Made by a program: the position numbers and the translations under genes. The notes beneath the pieces were generated by a model that was given only the letters and a program-made list of their open reading frames with translations, ran no database searches and was not told the origin of the DNA. From Octopus vulgaris (Eukaryota), in the NCBI GenBank assembly GCA_951406725.2, contig OX597818.1, positions 5,022,001 to 5,086,000 on the forward strand: a stretch of 64,000 nucleotides of DNA. The letters are read 5' to 3'. This document shows, one piece after another, positions 63,303-64,000 of the stretch (within the stretch, counting starts at the first letter, position 1; each line of letters begins with the position of its first letter).

Positions 63303-63307
<5 letters not shown>
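63070..63307 (+). mobile_element. PLE-type pLTR, copy 3, with an internal inverted repeat
   Basis: 63074-63107 is the reverse complement of 63213-63248; HHR-like ttcta-TTGAAAA-g-gttgc/gcaac-AAAA-att-ttagaa at 63118-63160. Confidence 0.6.
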
Positions 63308-63346
<39 letters not shown>

Positions 63347-63349
<3 letters not shown>

Positions 63350-64000
63350 CAGGCTTATTCCCCATCTTTAGGAGAGGTAGCTACAACAAGACACTCATCA
63401 GGCATTTCATTCATTTCCCAGCTCAAGGGGGCGATCCTCGTTCAATGCACTAGTCATGGCATAGAATGCAACCCTCAATATCAACAGGGTAGCCCGACAG
63501 CATGCGCTGGTTCACCCCCTCCGTATCATACTTGTTCTCTACCCCTTTGAGCAACATCAAAATTAAATCATTCGTCCACAAACACTCTCCAAACATTCCT
63601 ATCATTTATAAACTCTCTTGCCTCTCTCACTCCAAAAACTTTAACCACAAAATCTCCCCCTTCCCATCCATCCGCACAAACCGAGGCCTGCCTCTGGTTC
63701 TGCTGCCTACCACGTCTGCCTTCATCACCTTCCTTACAATTATCATCCAACCTCTCCATGTAGCCAAACCACCTCAACATTCGTCTATCCAATTTGGTTG
63801 TTAGTTTTTCTCTCATTCCTGCAGTTCTGCGCACCTCATTTCTCATTCTCTCTCTCCGTGACGCACCAACCATAGCTCTCAGAACATCTCATCTCAAACA
63901 CATCTAGTTGCCTCCTTTCCACTTCTCTCAGCCCCTACGTCTCTGCACCATATAACATTGTCGCCACAATCACGCCCTTATACATGTCTCTTTTCGCTTT
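63347..64000 (-). mobile_element. RTE-clade LINE 3' end
   Basis: MLYGAET..LDVFEMRCSE..RMRNEVRR..LRWFGYMERL; runs off the window edge. Confidence 0.8.

Overview
Eukaryotic, AT-rich and repeat-saturated window with no confidently identifiable host gene. The SINE families and microsatellite load resemble an octopus/cephalopod genome (my inference from recalled repeat sequences). The largest element is a near full-length but frameshifted Tx1/L1-clade LINE (- strand, ~4.4-9.8 kb) with a CCHC ORF1 and an APE-RT ORF2. The window also holds R4/Dong-like RLE LINE pieces, RTE and CR1/Jockey-like fragments, about eight Tc1/mariner relics, three non-autonomous Helitrons and many tRNA-derived SINEs. The strongest hidden signal is non-coding. 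Most short 'unexplained' islands sitting in (TA)n tracts are Penelope-like element (PLE) 3' ends or pseudo-LTRs, and I can fold about 18 type-I hammerhead ribozyme (HHR) motifs from roughly 11-12 unrelated sequence families in them. A few have intact cores (3482-3552 +, 52038-52124 -, 52955-52990 -), and several carry non-canonical cores shared between copies. They occur in inverted and tandem pseudo-LTR arrangements, and one orphan fragment begins at a predicted self-cleavage site. Two SINEs carry insertions copied from nearby DNA. Several weak exon-like or decayed coding segments are listed at low confidence. All folds and alignments were done by eye; element boundaries are approximate unless terminal motifs are quoted.
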